In this document: positions 45,378-54,184 of the stretch, piece by piece
Layout: each line of letters begins with the position of its first letter
Numbering within the stretch: position 1 is the first letter of the stretch
Program-made: the position numbers and the translations under genes
The notes under the pieces: generated by a model
Databases searched by the model: none
What the model was told of the DNA's origin: nothing
Seen by the model: only the letters and a program-made list of their open reading frames with translations
IMG/VR virus record: IMGVR_UViG_3300017971_000339
Span: 1 to 54,184 of that record
DNA: 54,184 nt
Source of the DNA: a virus
Taxonomy: Duplodnaviria; Caudoviricetes
Reading direction: 5' to 3' (one strand)

Positions 45378-46244
45378 ATGAATAAAATCGAAGGATTTAC
45401 ACCGGTATCTGATCATCTCATTGACGAATTCGATTTATTGACCGCAGTTATATACGGAAAAATTTGGCGTTATTGGGATGCTTACGGGAAATGCTCTGCA
45501 GCCAATAAGCGATTAGCCGATGAACTGGATATTTCTGCGAGAACTGTAGTCCGAAAGTGCAAGCTATTAGAAAGCGGTGGATATATTGAAAAATTGAGAG
45601 CGGGGAAATCTGCAGGAAAGCCAAATATCTGGGTTCCAACTGGCAAGATCGCATACAGAACTATCATAAAAGAAACCATCGATGGTGTGACAGAGAGTCC
45701 TACCCCTATGACTCAGAGTCACAGGGGGTGTGACACAGAGTCCCACAAAGATACTACTATAGAAAGAGATATAGAAATCTTTTCATCTGCTGGCGCAGAT
45801 AACGGGGAGTTTGATCCTTTTGCAGGTTTGAGTTTTGGCAGTAATGGGAATGGGAAACCGAAAACCGAAAAACAGAAAACCGAATATGTCCGGAATATGG
45901 AGTTACTAGAAAGCGCTTTTTCAGCTGCGCGTGGGTGCGCTCTCCCAGATTGGGAGCGAGATCCAAAAGGGAGCAACAAGCGGTGGAGAATGCCACTTGC
46001 AAGAATGTGGCGTAAAGCGGAGCAGGATACACAATTTGTCAAGCGGGGAATTTACGAAATCACCAAACAATTTATATCGGATAATATGACTTTCGATGCG
46101 CCTGATCAAATTGAGAAAACGTTTGGTTCGTGGATGATTGACCAAAAAAATGGAAATGGACACGGAGTAGATGTTCCTGCAGCTGTGATTGTTGCTCCTG
46201 CAGAAGATAAACGCAAAAATATATTAGAATTACAAAGGAGTTGA
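45378..46244 (+). CDS. Replication initiator with N-terminal winged HTH
   Basis: LADELDISARTV..K.KLLE..GYI; internal iterons; upstream of dnaB. Confidence 0.8.
   Translation: MNKIEGFTPVSDHLIDEFDLLTAVIYGKIWRYWDAYGKCSAANKRLADELDISARTVVRKCKLLESGGYIEKLRAGKSAGKPNIWVPTGKIAYRTIIKETIDGVTESPTPMTQSHRGCDTESHKDTTIERDIEIFSSAGADNGEFDPFAGLSFGSNGNGKPKTEKQKTEYVRNMELLESAFSAARGCALPDWERDPKGSNKRWRMPLARMWRKAEQDTQFVKRGIYEITKQFISDNMTFDAPDQIEKTFGSWMIDQKNGNGHGVDVPAAVIVAPAEDKRKNILELQRS
45684..45743 (+). repeat. Three iteron-like repeats, putative replication origin
   Basis: TGACnnAGAGTC at 45688, 45709 and 45731 (21-22 bp spacing). Confidence 0.7.
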
Positions 46245-46246
46245 TC

Positions 46247-46405
46247 ATGGGTATCATAAAAGGTTTTTTGTTGCTCATCTGTACGCTTATTTTTGGAGCA
46301 TCCTTGATTTTGATTTGCGCTCCACAGATTCAAGGTGGATGGGGAATCGGGATGATTGGAATAGTAGCATCCTGCATTGCTGGCGGGATTGTTGCAAAAC
46401 TATAA
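46247..46405 (+). CDS. Small two-TM membrane protein (52 aa, below the ORF-track cutoff)
   Basis: AAAGGAG RBS; MGIIKGFLLLICTLIFGASLILI...IAGGIVAKL*. Confidence 0.6.
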   Translation: MGIIKGFLLLICTLIFGASLILICAPQIQGGWGIGMIGIVASCIAGGIVAKL

Positions 46406-46431
46406 TAGATCGATTTATAAGGAGTTGAAAA

Positions 46432-47823
46432 ATGGAACCGCAAACTGTACCGCATTCTATTGAGAGCGAGGAGAGTTTAATTGGATCGCTGCTCATTGCA
46501 CCGGAATTGCTGCGCGAGATTCGGGCGATCATCCAACCGGAGCAACTATTCATCCATCGTTACCGCTGGATTTATCAAGCGATTATAAATCTGGCAGATA
46601 AGAGAATGAGCATTGATGTTCTTACCATATCAAATGAACTTGGAGCGCTGAATCAACTGGAAGAGATCGGGGGTATATCTGAATTGACTCGCCTCATGGG
46701 ATATGTACCAAGCGCTCTTCACGCAGAGAGTTATGCGCAGATTATCAACGGAGATTTTGTTCGCCGACAAATGATCGAATACGCAAATAATATCGTAAAA
46801 ATGGCATACGGAGAGCAATACGCACTTGATAAAATACAGGAGCGCTCCTGGAAGTTGCTACAAGATGTTTTTTCTGGGATTGCTGATAATCAATCTGGCA
46901 TATATGCTGCAGCTGCAGCGGACAAGCAATACGAACGCATGGAGAAAATAGCCAACGGAGCTGATCCTGGAATACCCACCGGATTGAAAGACCTTGATTA
47001 TCTGTTGAACGGGGGAGCGCGTGGAGGAGATCTGGTTTTAATTGCTGGCCGGCCAGGAATGGGAAAAACCGCGCTTATGCTGGATTTCTTCAAGTATGCG
47101 GTATCCAACAATAATAACGAAAAATACGATGTGTTCTTTTCCCTGGAAATGCCTAATGAGCAACTAACAGACAGATTGGTTGCGAAGGATGGAATCAACT
47201 CCAACAATATTCGGCGGGGGTTATTGGAAGATATAGAGCATCCAATATATACAAATGCTCTGGACACTATTTCTAAACAGAAATTTATCTTGGATGATAC
47301 GCCAGGATTGACTCCTGCGCAGCTGCGTTCTAAGTTGTCAAAGATTGCAGCGAAACATCCACTAGGAAATGTGTACGTGGATTATATCCAGTTGATGGAA
47401 GCGGGAATCAAATCCGATAATCGCGTGAGTGAGGTATCCTATATTTCCAGGCAGCTGAAACTCATCGCCAGGGAATTCGGGATTATTCTATATGCAGGAG
47501 CGCAATTATCGAGAAAATGCGAGGAACGATCTAATAAGCGTCCCCTGCTTGCTGATCTGCGCGAGAGTGGATCATTGGAGCAAGACGCGGATATTGTAAT
47601 CTTCGTTTATCGCCCCGAACTTTATTACGACAAACCTGAATATCAGAATCTAGCAGAATTGATTGTGGGCAAGCATCGCAACGGATCAATCGGAACCGTA
47701 TCAACCATATTCCGTAAAAACTTTATGCGCTTTGAGAATGCGGATGTCAGAACGGTTGATTTGAACGCAGAACCTATCAAGCCCATCGATGACGATAAGA
47801 TGCTGCGAGAGATTGCAATCTGA
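46432..47823 (+). CDS. dnaB: Replicative DNA helicase
   Basis: PHSIESE, AGRPGMGKT, FSLEM, VDYIQL, QLSR, DLRESGSLEQDAD, KHRNG. Confidence 0.97.
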   Translation: MEPQTVPHSIESEESLIGSLLIAPELLREIRAIIQPEQLFIHRYRWIYQAIINLADKRMSIDVLTISNELGALNQLEEIGGISELTRLMGYVPSALHAESYAQIINGDFVRRQMIEYANNIVKMAYGEQYALDKIQERSWKLLQDVFSGIADNQSGIYAAAAADKQYERMEKIANGADPGIPTGLKDLDYLLNGGARGGDLVLIAGRPGMGKTALMLDFFKYAVSNNNNEKYDVFFSLEMPNEQLTDRLVAKDGINSNNIRRGLLEDIEHPIYTNALDTISKQKFILDDTPGLTPAQLRSKLSKIAAKHPLGNVYVDYIQLMEAGIKSDNRVSEVSYISRQLKLIAREFGIILYAGAQLSRKCEERSNKRPLLADLRESGSLEQDADIVIFVYRPELYYDKPEYQNLAELIVGKHRNGSIGTVSTIFRKNFMRFENADVRTVDLNAEPIKPIDDDKMLREIAI

Positions 47824-48518
47824 TGTGGACTTATTACGGGAGCAAGGCAAGTATTGTGAAATTCTACCCCGCGCCAAAATACGATAAGATTATCGAACCA
47901 TTTGCAGGAACAGCGCGTTATGCGTTGCGATATTTCGAGCGGGATGTTCTTCTGGTTGACAAATACGATGTGATTGTAAAAATTTGGAAATGGTTACAGG
48001 AATGCTCTACAAATGATATTGAGCGGTTGCCTCATTTCTTGGACCCTGGTAAATCGCTTGACGATTTTACATTTGATTGTGATGAGGCAAAATGGTTGAT
48101 GGGTTTTTTGATTGGATTCGGAATGGAGCGCCCCCGCTTGACCGCTGGCGTAGTCAGGATGAGAGCGCGACCGAACCACATTAATTATTCGTTGAACCGT
48201 ATCTCTGCAAATCTTCACAAGATTAGACACTGGAAAATTATACAGGGATGCTATACTGAAATTGAAAATCAGGATGCAACGTGGTTCATTGATCCACCTT
48301 ATCAGCATGGAGGGGAGTACTACAAAGAGAGCGATATAAATTATCCTGCGCTTGCAAATTGGTGTAGATCTCGTTCCGGTCAAGTTATGGTTTGTGAGAA
48401 TGACAAAGCGGATTGGATGGAATTTGAATTCCTTAAATCTCATAAGACTGCAACGGGAATTCAACGTGATATGCTGTGGAGCAACGAACCATTTGACAAG
48501 CAGCTGCATATGTTCTAG
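47823..48518 (+). CDS. DNA adenine methyltransferase (D12/Dam-like class)
   Basis: YYGSK, IEPFAG (motif I), FIDPPY (motif IV). Confidence 0.85.
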   Translation: MWTYYGSKASIVKFYPAPKYDKIIEPFAGTARYALRYFERDVLLVDKYDVIVKIWKWLQECSTNDIERLPHFLDPGKSLDDFTFDCDEAKWLMGFLIGFGMERPRLTAGVVRMRARPNHINYSLNRISANLHKIRHWKIIQGCYTEIENQDATWFIDPPYQHGGEYYKESDINYPALANWCRSRSGQVMVCENDKADWMEFEFLKSHKTATGIQRDMLWSNEPFDKQLHMF

Positions 48519-48585
48519 GGATTGGCAATAATTGCCAAAGTCTATTGACGAATATATGATATAATCAGTAGCAAGGAGTTGAAAA

Positions 48586-49194
48586 ATGATAGACGAAAAA
48601 CCAATATTATTCTCAGGGGAAATGATACGAGCGATCCTGGAAGGGCGCAAGACACAAACGCGGCGCGTTGTAAATCCACAACCGGAATTTGCAGAATCAA
48701 TGGCGAATCCAGAAGATTTGATTTTCAAATGGAATTCTAAGTTTTGGGTTAAAAAATCTGTTGTTATAAATCGATGCCCCTATGGTTCCATTGGTGATCA
48801 ATTGTGGGTGCGGGAAACGTGGCATACAGAAAAACGCTTTGATCGCATCCCGCCAATCAGCCTTCCAAGAGATGCAAAGATTTTGTATCGTACAACTTTC
48901 AAATCAGAAATTGACGATGCTGAATTCGGGAAAAGTCGCCCAAGTATCTTTATGCCTCGCTGGGCCAGCAGGATTGATCTACGCATAACGGGATTGCGAT
49001 TGGAGCGATTGCAAGAGATTACGACTCAAGATATTTTTTCGGAGGGGTGCAAGATAACGCAACGTGACGGTGGTTACCGCGATTGGATTGCGCTCTGGGA
49101 TTCGATCAACGGAAAAATGCGTAAGAATGGAGTGGATATTTCCTGGGCTGCTAATCCCTGGGTATGGGTAATTGAATTCGAGAGAATCCCATGA
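48586..49194 (+). CDS. ASCH/PUA-like phage protein
   Basis: PILFS..MIRAILEGRKTQTRR, LWVRETW, PSIFMPRWASRI, NPWVWVIEF. Confidence 0.85.
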   Translation: MIDEKPILFSGEMIRAILEGRKTQTRRVVNPQPEFAESMANPEDLIFKWNSKFWVKKSVVINRCPYGSIGDQLWVRETWHTEKRFDRIPPISLPRDAKILYRTTFKSEIDDAEFGKSRPSIFMPRWASRIDLRITGLRLERLQEITTQDIFSEGCKITQRDGGYRDWIALWDSINGKMRKNGVDISWAANPWVWVIEFERIP

Positions 49195-49463
49195 TAGACG
49201 AAATTAACGTAGTAATATCCTGCTCCCCAGATGCGCAGATTGGAGAAAAATATAATTTACATATTGCTCCTGATCGTAAATATCGTATGTGGGAGCATCC
49301 AGAATTGATTGTTTTGAATGGGTTCGCGAGTGCCTTTGATGCGTGGATATTCTGCGCTGCTCATTTTGGAATTTGCGCATCTCATCAAAACGGATGTTCT
49401 GCAGAATGGACGTACAAGAATCCAAAGAATGAGCAGCAACCGCAGCAAATGAAATTGATTTAA
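49191..49463 (+). CDS. Hypothetical protein
   Basis: ATGA coupling. Confidence 0.5.
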   Translation: MIDEINVVISCSPDAQIGEKYNLHIAPDRKYRMWEHPELIVLNGFASAFDAWIFCAAHFGICASHQNGCSAEWTYKNPKNEQQPQQMKLI

Positions 49464-49474
49464 GGAGTTGAAAA

Positions 49475-50278
49475 ATGACGAAAATTATCAAGCGAAAAAT
49501 CGCTACTCCACTAAGTATTCGTAACCGAGCGCAGGAATACGCCGCGCGCCCCGAACCGCAAGAGATTTCAAAGGGGCGCAGAGGAGCAACGATTGGGAAT
49601 CTCACCAATGGGGTCAAGCGCGCTCTGTTCTCGAATACTATGAGCAAGCACGATAAAATAAAATTAACCAAAGAGCAGCGGGAATCTATCGATGGGCATT
49701 GCCGATTGGTGGTGTCTTGGTTATTTCTTGATCCTGCAGATATGTTCGTGCCTACATCCAGAACTGTATTGACTCCTCAACAGATTCATGCTCTGGGTAG
49801 ATGGAACAGCGAATATAAGGGCGAATATCCGGATGGTCAATGGGTTGAGCGCTCATCATATTTGGATGAGTTGCAATGGGTTCTATATTGGGCTGGATTA
49901 GCTTATAAGCGCACTGTTGAATCTACTATGATGGGAGATGAATTGACGTTCGGTGAGATCCTGGAACAATACAAGATCGAAACGATTGCAGGGGAGAACG
50001 AACCGGATCATTGGGAGTTGACGACTAATGCGATCCTTGCAGGAGAAGTCAAACCCGAATATCCTGATAAGGTTGAATTGCCAGATGGTGCGGTTTGGTG
50101 CGAATGGTGCGGGGAGTATCCCTCATCCCCTGGAACTGCTTGTAAATCTTGTGTTGCTCTGGGAGCGCCTGAGAGCGCTCAAATCTCAGAAAATGATATG
50201 ACAATCAGGGATGCGCCAAAATCGCCACAGGCTGCTAGTAAGCGCGCTGCAGATGCTTTTGCTGGATTATTCGATTAG
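49475..50278 (+). CDS. Hypothetical protein with C-terminal CxxC...CxxC
   Basis: AAGGAGTTGAAAA RBS; CEWC...CKSC. Confidence 0.6.
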   Translation: MTKIIKRKIATPLSIRNRAQEYAARPEPQEISKGRRGATIGNLTNGVKRALFSNTMSKHDKIKLTKEQRESIDGHCRLVVSWLFLDPADMFVPTSRTVLTPQQIHALGRWNSEYKGEYPDGQWVERSSYLDELQWVLYWAGLAYKRTVESTMMGDELTFGEILEQYKIETIAGENEPDHWELTTNAILAGEVKPEYPDKVELPDGAVWCEWCGEYPSSPGTACKSCVALGAPESAQISENDMTIRDAPKSPQAASKRAADAFAGLFD

Positions 50279-50298
50279 GCATATAGGAACAGTTACAC

Positions 50299-50562
50299 AT
50301 GAAAATGAAAATGTTTACGAATAGAGAATTCTTAGCGAAATTTGCGGTAGTGAGATATTGGAAGGTTGGGCATTGCAAAAATCCTACTGTTAGGACTGGA
50401 TATCATAGAGCAGGAATTGTTCCTTCTCTTGATATTGTTTCTCCTCCTGGACGTGATCAGCGGTTCCTGGAAATGTGCATCGATTGCGGTGAAGTTTTCG
50501 CCGAGAATATTTGGTTAGATGGAGAGAATCCCAAAAGGAGTTTGATCAATGGCAGAGAATAG
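50299..50562 (+). CDS. Hypothetical protein (CIDCG motif)
   Basis: ORF in operon. Confidence 0.45.
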   Translation: MKMKMFTNREFLAKFAVVRYWKVGHCKNPTVRTGYHRAGIVPSLDIVSPPGRDQRFLEMCIDCGEVFAENIWLDGENPKRSLINGRE

Positions 50563-51442
50563 TAAAATCGAATGGACGGATCATACATTTAATCCCTGGG
50601 TTGGTTGTCAAAAGGTTTCTGCAGGATGCGCAAATTGTTATGCTGAAACGCAGATGACTCGCAAACCCAGATGGTCAAATTGTTGGGGTCCACCAGAATT
50701 GACACAGCGATTGAAAACATCCGATTCATATTGGAAACAACCTCTCAAATGGAACCGTCAAGCTGCAGAGAGTGAAATGCGACCAAAGGTGTTCTGCGCA
50801 TCCTTAGCAGATGTGTTCGAGGACAATCCGGATTTATCAGGATGGCGTATTGAGTTATTCAATCTGATTGAACAGACCCCAAATTTAGATTGGTTGATCC
50901 TTACCAAGCGCCCTGAGAATATTCGGGAATTGTGGCCAGGGAGATTTTTTTATATGTTCCAGCTACAGAACATTTGGTTGGGAACTAGCATAGAGACTGA
51001 AACGCAGATGTGGCGACTGAAATATTTAATGCATAATCAGGATTTAGCAGCGAAAACGTTTATTTCCTTTGAACCGCTTTTGGGTAAGATTCCATTATCT
51101 GATTATTGGTTTGCAAGTCCATCGTCGATTCCTGATTGGGTAATTGTTGGAGGGGAGAGCGGGAACAATGCTCGCCCATTCAGGCTGCTTGGTGAATGGG
51201 TGAATCGTATTCGGATAGATTGTCAAAATTATGATGTGCCATTTTTCTTTAAACAGTGGGGTGAATGGATGCCTTATTATACGGTGCAAGCCAAGCATTT
51301 CTATTCTGGACAGGGGAATCCAGAACATTATGTGAATTGTTCTTGCGCGGTTGGAATTGACGGATATGGAGCGATCAAACTCGGCAAAAAGTGTGCAGGG
51401 AAAACACTGTTTGGTAAAACATACTTAGAGTTTCCAGTTTAG
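50549..51442 (+). CDS. DUF5131 (phage Gp37/Gp68) family protein
   Basis: SKIEWTDHTFNPW.GC..VS.GC.NCYA, LTKRP, SFEPLL, WVIVGGESG, FFKQWG. Confidence 0.92.
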   Translation: MAENSKIEWTDHTFNPWVGCQKVSAGCANCYAETQMTRKPRWSNCWGPPELTQRLKTSDSYWKQPLKWNRQAAESEMRPKVFCASLADVFEDNPDLSGWRIELFNLIEQTPNLDWLILTKRPENIRELWPGRFFYMFQLQNIWLGTSIETETQMWRLKYLMHNQDLAAKTFISFEPLLGKIPLSDYWFASPSSIPDWVIVGGESGNNARPFRLLGEWVNRIRIDCQNYDVPFFFKQWGEWMPYYTVQAKHFYSGQGNPEHYVNCSCAVGIDGYGAIKLGKKCAGKTLFGKTYLEFPV

Positions 51443-51464
51443 CATAGATGAAATAAGATGACGC

Positions 51465-51764
51465 ATGAATAAAAACGAATTAGTTGATGGTAAATATTAC
51501 TTGATTACAGATGATAATGTTCCACAAGTCGGCCAATACAATCACGGACGGAAACTCTTCGAGTATGTTGAAAACTGGAATGATTGTATCTATCTTCGTA
51601 GTGTAAATAAAATCATTCCCCTATCCACAGCGCTTCGCGCCAACGAACTGCAAGCCGAGAATGAGCAGCTGCGAACGGCATTGAAACAAATCATGGTGTA
51701 TCAACATCCATCTATGGAGCCCGTTCGCATTGCAAAATCAGCTTTGAAAGTGAGTGACGCATGA
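51465..51764 (+). CDS. Hypothetical protein
   Basis: ORF in operon; short coiled coil. Confidence 0.5.
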   Translation: MNKNELVDGKYYLITDDNVPQVGQYNHGRKLFEYVENWNDCIYLRSVNKIIPLSTALRANELQAENEQLRTALKQIMVYQHPSMEPVRIAKSALKVSDA

Positions 51765-52034
51765 AACGTATATTTTTTGGAATTCTGGTAATCGCGATCT
51801 GCATCGCTATTCTATTGATATTTTCAGGAGTTGTAACGCTATGATTATGCTTTTTGTAGATGAGCAGGGAACCGATATTCCGGTGGTGATTGTGGAGCAG
51901 ATTGACGAACATAAGGTTAAGGTCAAATCAAAGATCGGACATCCTTTTGGCTGTGTTCCTGTTCCTGGAAAAATTGTGCATCGCTGTACGAAGAATTTCA
52001 AGATTGTTGAACGTGATGAAATCAAGGAGTTACG

Positions 52035-52517
52035 ATGGCAAAACAAGAGCAAGTAATTGGGGCTGCAGGAGAGCAACACGCCGAGAACCATCTAAGGATG
52101 CTAGGTTTTGAGATGATCGAAAAGATTGGTACGCCGGTGCGCTTGGTTCAGCTGCCTGGATATGCTGCTAAAGCGTTGAATCGAGCGCGCTATTCTCCAA
52201 AAGGAATCTTTCGGGTAATCTTTGGGGAGAAGGTGTCAGGAGATCGCAGGGCGCTCGTGGGGCGCTCTGGGCGCTCTGTACTGATCGAAACTAAGACAAT
52301 CCTAGATAGAAATCTACGGTACTCAGATTTGCGCTCTCATCAACCTGGGCGATTGCAACGCCACCATGAATTAGGTGGGGTATCTCTGATAACGTGGGTG
52401 CATTCCAGCGGGATTTACGCTCTGCAATGGCCCATCCCCAATTTTGGGTCCAGAAAATCAATTACCCCAGAGAGCGCACGAGATCTACAAATAAAAGATA
52501 TAAAGGAGTTGAAATGA
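52035..52517 (+). CDS. PD-(D/E)xK nuclease, RecU-like Holliday junction resolvase
   Basis: G...E, GD, LIETK and HQ...L motifs. Confidence 0.7.
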   Translation: MAKQEQVIGAAGEQHAENHLRMLGFEMIEKIGTPVRLVQLPGYAAKALNRARYSPKGIFRVIFGEKVSGDRRALVGRSGRSVLIETKTILDRNLRYSDLRSHQPGRLQRHHELGGVSLITWVHSSGIYALQWPIPNFGSRKSITPESARDLQIKDIKELK

Positions 52518-52933
52518 TGGTTTCTGTGGAAACAGGAAAAGGAAAAGACAATAAAAGCGGTTCTGCTAATCGCTCTCTAAAGCGTGGTCATCGTCAGAAT
52601 CGCAATATGCAGGATGCAATCACGGATGCGGTAAATAATAAGCTGCGATTCGATTTCAAAGATCAAGTCAATCTATGTGAATTGATACGCGAGAAATACA
52701 AAGCGCAGCGAGGCGAAATCAACCACCTGATTCGGCGAGCGATGCGCAGGAAATTGTACGATTGGTTAGTGGATGATCTGCAGAGCAGCATTAGTATTGT
52801 TGATCCTGGATTTCTCAGGATTGCCCAGATAACAGACGATCTTTTTCCTGGATACGTTTCGAGAAAAGTTCTCGGTCAATACTGTTCCAGAATTACACAG
52901 AGAAATAAGGAGTTAGCAAATGAGCAAGATTAG
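52514..52933 (+). CDS. Hypothetical basic protein
   Basis: AAAGGAGTTGAA RBS before ATG 52514. Confidence 0.55.
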   Translation: MMVSVETGKGKDNKSGSANRSLKRGHRQNRNMQDAITDAVNNKLRFDFKDQVNLCELIREKYKAQRGEINHLIRRAMRRKLYDWLVDDLQSSISIVDPGFLRIAQITDDLFPGYVSRKVLGQYCSRITQRNKELANEQD

Positions 52934-53681
52934 CCGAACCGAATTATTTGAGCAGGTGTTTGGGCTGGAATTCTGCGATGAAATTGAACAAATTGGTTCG
53001 CAGTATTCGGAGCATTGCTGGCAGATCGGCGATAAGGTAGCCGATGCGCTCGCTCATCTGCAGATGATCAAGAGTGTAATTATTCGTGGGGATTCAAATC
53101 CTGCTAATGCAGCGTATATTCTCGCGATGGGATCAATGGATGTGTATCGGCAACTCTCGCTCCGTTTCGGGATCGCAGAACGGACACTCAGGGATTACCA
53201 TTCGATTGCAGTTTACTATTCGCAGGATGAGCGTGGGCGCTTTGAGGTGCTACCTTTTGCGCATTTCCGGTTTGCAAAAAGCTGTGGAGCAGATTTATCA
53301 ACCAAGATTTTAGAGTTGTCCCTTGCTGCGATGGATGGGAACGGTGGACGACCACCTTCGGTTGCGTGGCTGGAAGTGAACTTGCATCGTGTAACGGGCG
53401 ATCCTGGAATCGTTGATGATGTGGCAGCTACGCAGGATTTGAGTTCTGCAGCTGCAGAATTGACTTCGAGTGATTTCCAGGATGATGAGCAGAGAACCTT
53501 ACCAAGTCCGGTGTTCTATTTTCTGGGATCTCTAAAAAACTTCATGCTGCGCTTAAAACTTCAAATAGAAAAAGCAGAATTGCCTGAGAATATCAGATAC
53601 AAGATTGATTCCATCATTGAATTATCGGAAGAACTCGCCGATGAGTTAATGGTAGAGATTGACACGGAGCGCGAGAACTGA
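52920..53681 (+). CDS. Hypothetical protein, possibly DNA-binding
   Basis: WQIGD and FGIAERTLRDY HTH-like segment. Confidence 0.55.
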   Translation: MSKISRTELFEQVFGLEFCDEIEQIGSQYSEHCWQIGDKVADALAHLQMIKSVIIRGDSNPANAAYILAMGSMDVYRQLSLRFGIAERTLRDYHSIAVYYSQDERGRFEVLPFAHFRFAKSCGADLSTKILELSLAAMDGNGGRPPSVAWLEVNLHRVTGDPGIVDDVAATQDLSSAAAELTSSDFQDDEQRTLPSPVFYFLGSLKNFMLRLKLQIEKAELPENIRYKIDSIIELSEELADELMVEIDTEREN

Positions 53682-53693
53682 TAAACTAAAGAT

Positions 53694-53785
53694 TGAAATT
53701 CGCTGTTATCAAACAGCACTTTTCAACTCCTTTGAGGCTTGATCTCCTCGCGAAAAATCCCCTGACTAATTCAGGGGATTTTTTG
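53694..53785 (+). ncRNA. Candidate small RNA antisense to the early-gene RBS motif
   Basis: Promoter TTGACA(53659)-17-TAAACT(53682); hairpin, unpaired CTTTTCAACTCCTTT, hairpin, terminator. Confidence 0.55.
53753..53784. terminator. Bidirectional intrinsic terminator
   Basis: AAAAATCCCCTGA-ctaat-TCAGGGGATTTTTT. Confidence 0.9.
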
Positions 53786-53804
53786 ATTTTGATGGATGGT
53801 GGAT

Positions 53805-54014
53805 TTATTGATATTCTGAGAATGAGCGCCCCAGAAATGTTTTCCCGACTGGTTCTCCGGTTTCCTTATTAACGTAGATGAAATCGGATGTACCCAGGTG
53901 CTGGATACGATATTTCGAGTGGGTGGCTTGCGCTCCCTTGCGCCCAATTTCTCGCATATGCTCTTTTCCGTATTTCTGGACTACTGCATTACCGCCGTTG
54001 CTCTTTGGTGACAT
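53805..54014 (-). CDS. Small KGG-motif (stress-induced/GsiB-like) protein
   Basis: GG.AV..KYGKEHMREIGRKG. Confidence 0.65.
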   Translation of the reverse strand: MSPKSNGGNAVVQKYGKEHMREIGRKGAQATHSKYRIQHLGTSDFIYVNKETGEPVGKTFLGRSFSEYQ

Positions 54015-54184
54015 TTTATAACTCCTTATTTAACTAAAACCGCTTCAATCCAAACTGTATAGAAACTGGATTTCGATAATAAATCAAGCATATATTCGTC
54101 TGCTTTTTCATTCGGAACGATATGAAAATTCGTTCCCAGAGTGCCGAATGCTGCTCCGATAATTGCATGATCTTTTTGCGTTTC

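Larger units (their letters stand above)
1..54184. mobile_element. Tailed dsDNA bacteriophage genome (partial or near-complete), siphovirus-like
   Basis: Gene order terminase-portal-protease-capsid-tail-tape measure-lysis, followed by a replication module; no host housekeeping genes seen. Confidence 0.96.

Noticed and set aside
50160-50250. GCGC-rich periodic stretch resembling the dispersed element (also 52245-52280)
   Set aside because: Inside coding sequence and lacks the conserved AATCGCCTTAGA arm
51754-52056. 100-aa ORF with GTG start
   Set aside because: Probably coding in part, but start and product could not be supported, so it is not listed as a feature
1-54184. tRNA/rRNA genes, integrase, introns/inteins, alternative genetic code
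   Set aside because: No cloverleaf or recombinase motifs recognised; TerL, DnaB and the helicase are of normal length; genes are intact under the standard code

Overview
The window is most of a tailed dsDNA phage genome (long-tailed, siphovirus-like gene order), probably truncated at both ends. Plus strand 1-36.6 kb: a TET-associated-type glycosyltransferase, terminase small and large subunits, portal, an accessory block (MuF-like protein, DUF4406-like protein, metallophosphoesterase, membrane-anchored glycoside hydrolase), protease/scaffold, capsid, three tandem paralog pairs of virion proteins, tail chaperone, tape measure, tail tip, GH25 endolysin and holin. Minus strand 36.6-45.1 kb: membrane proteins, regulators, an SSB-like protein and a SNF2/HARP-like helicase. 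Plus strand 45.4-53.7 kb: replication initiator with iterons, DnaB, adenine methyltransferase, ASCH-like, DUF5131 and resolvase-like genes. I recognised no integrase, reverse transcriptase, CRISPR array or tRNA. Protein motifs hint at a Chloroflexota host (inference). The most notable signals are: (1) a candidate ~90-nt small RNA at ~53694-53785 whose unpaired segment is complementary to an extended RBS (AAGGAGTTGAAAA) shared by early/replication genes but not structural genes; (2) leader hairpins whose loops can pair with the downstream initiation region; (3) a probable +1 (UUU_CGG) tail-chaperone frameshift; (4) a dispersed ~78-bp inverted-repeat element; (5) duplicated tail-tube/beta-propeller and mosaic LamG genes. 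All product calls come from motif recognition by eye, not database searches.
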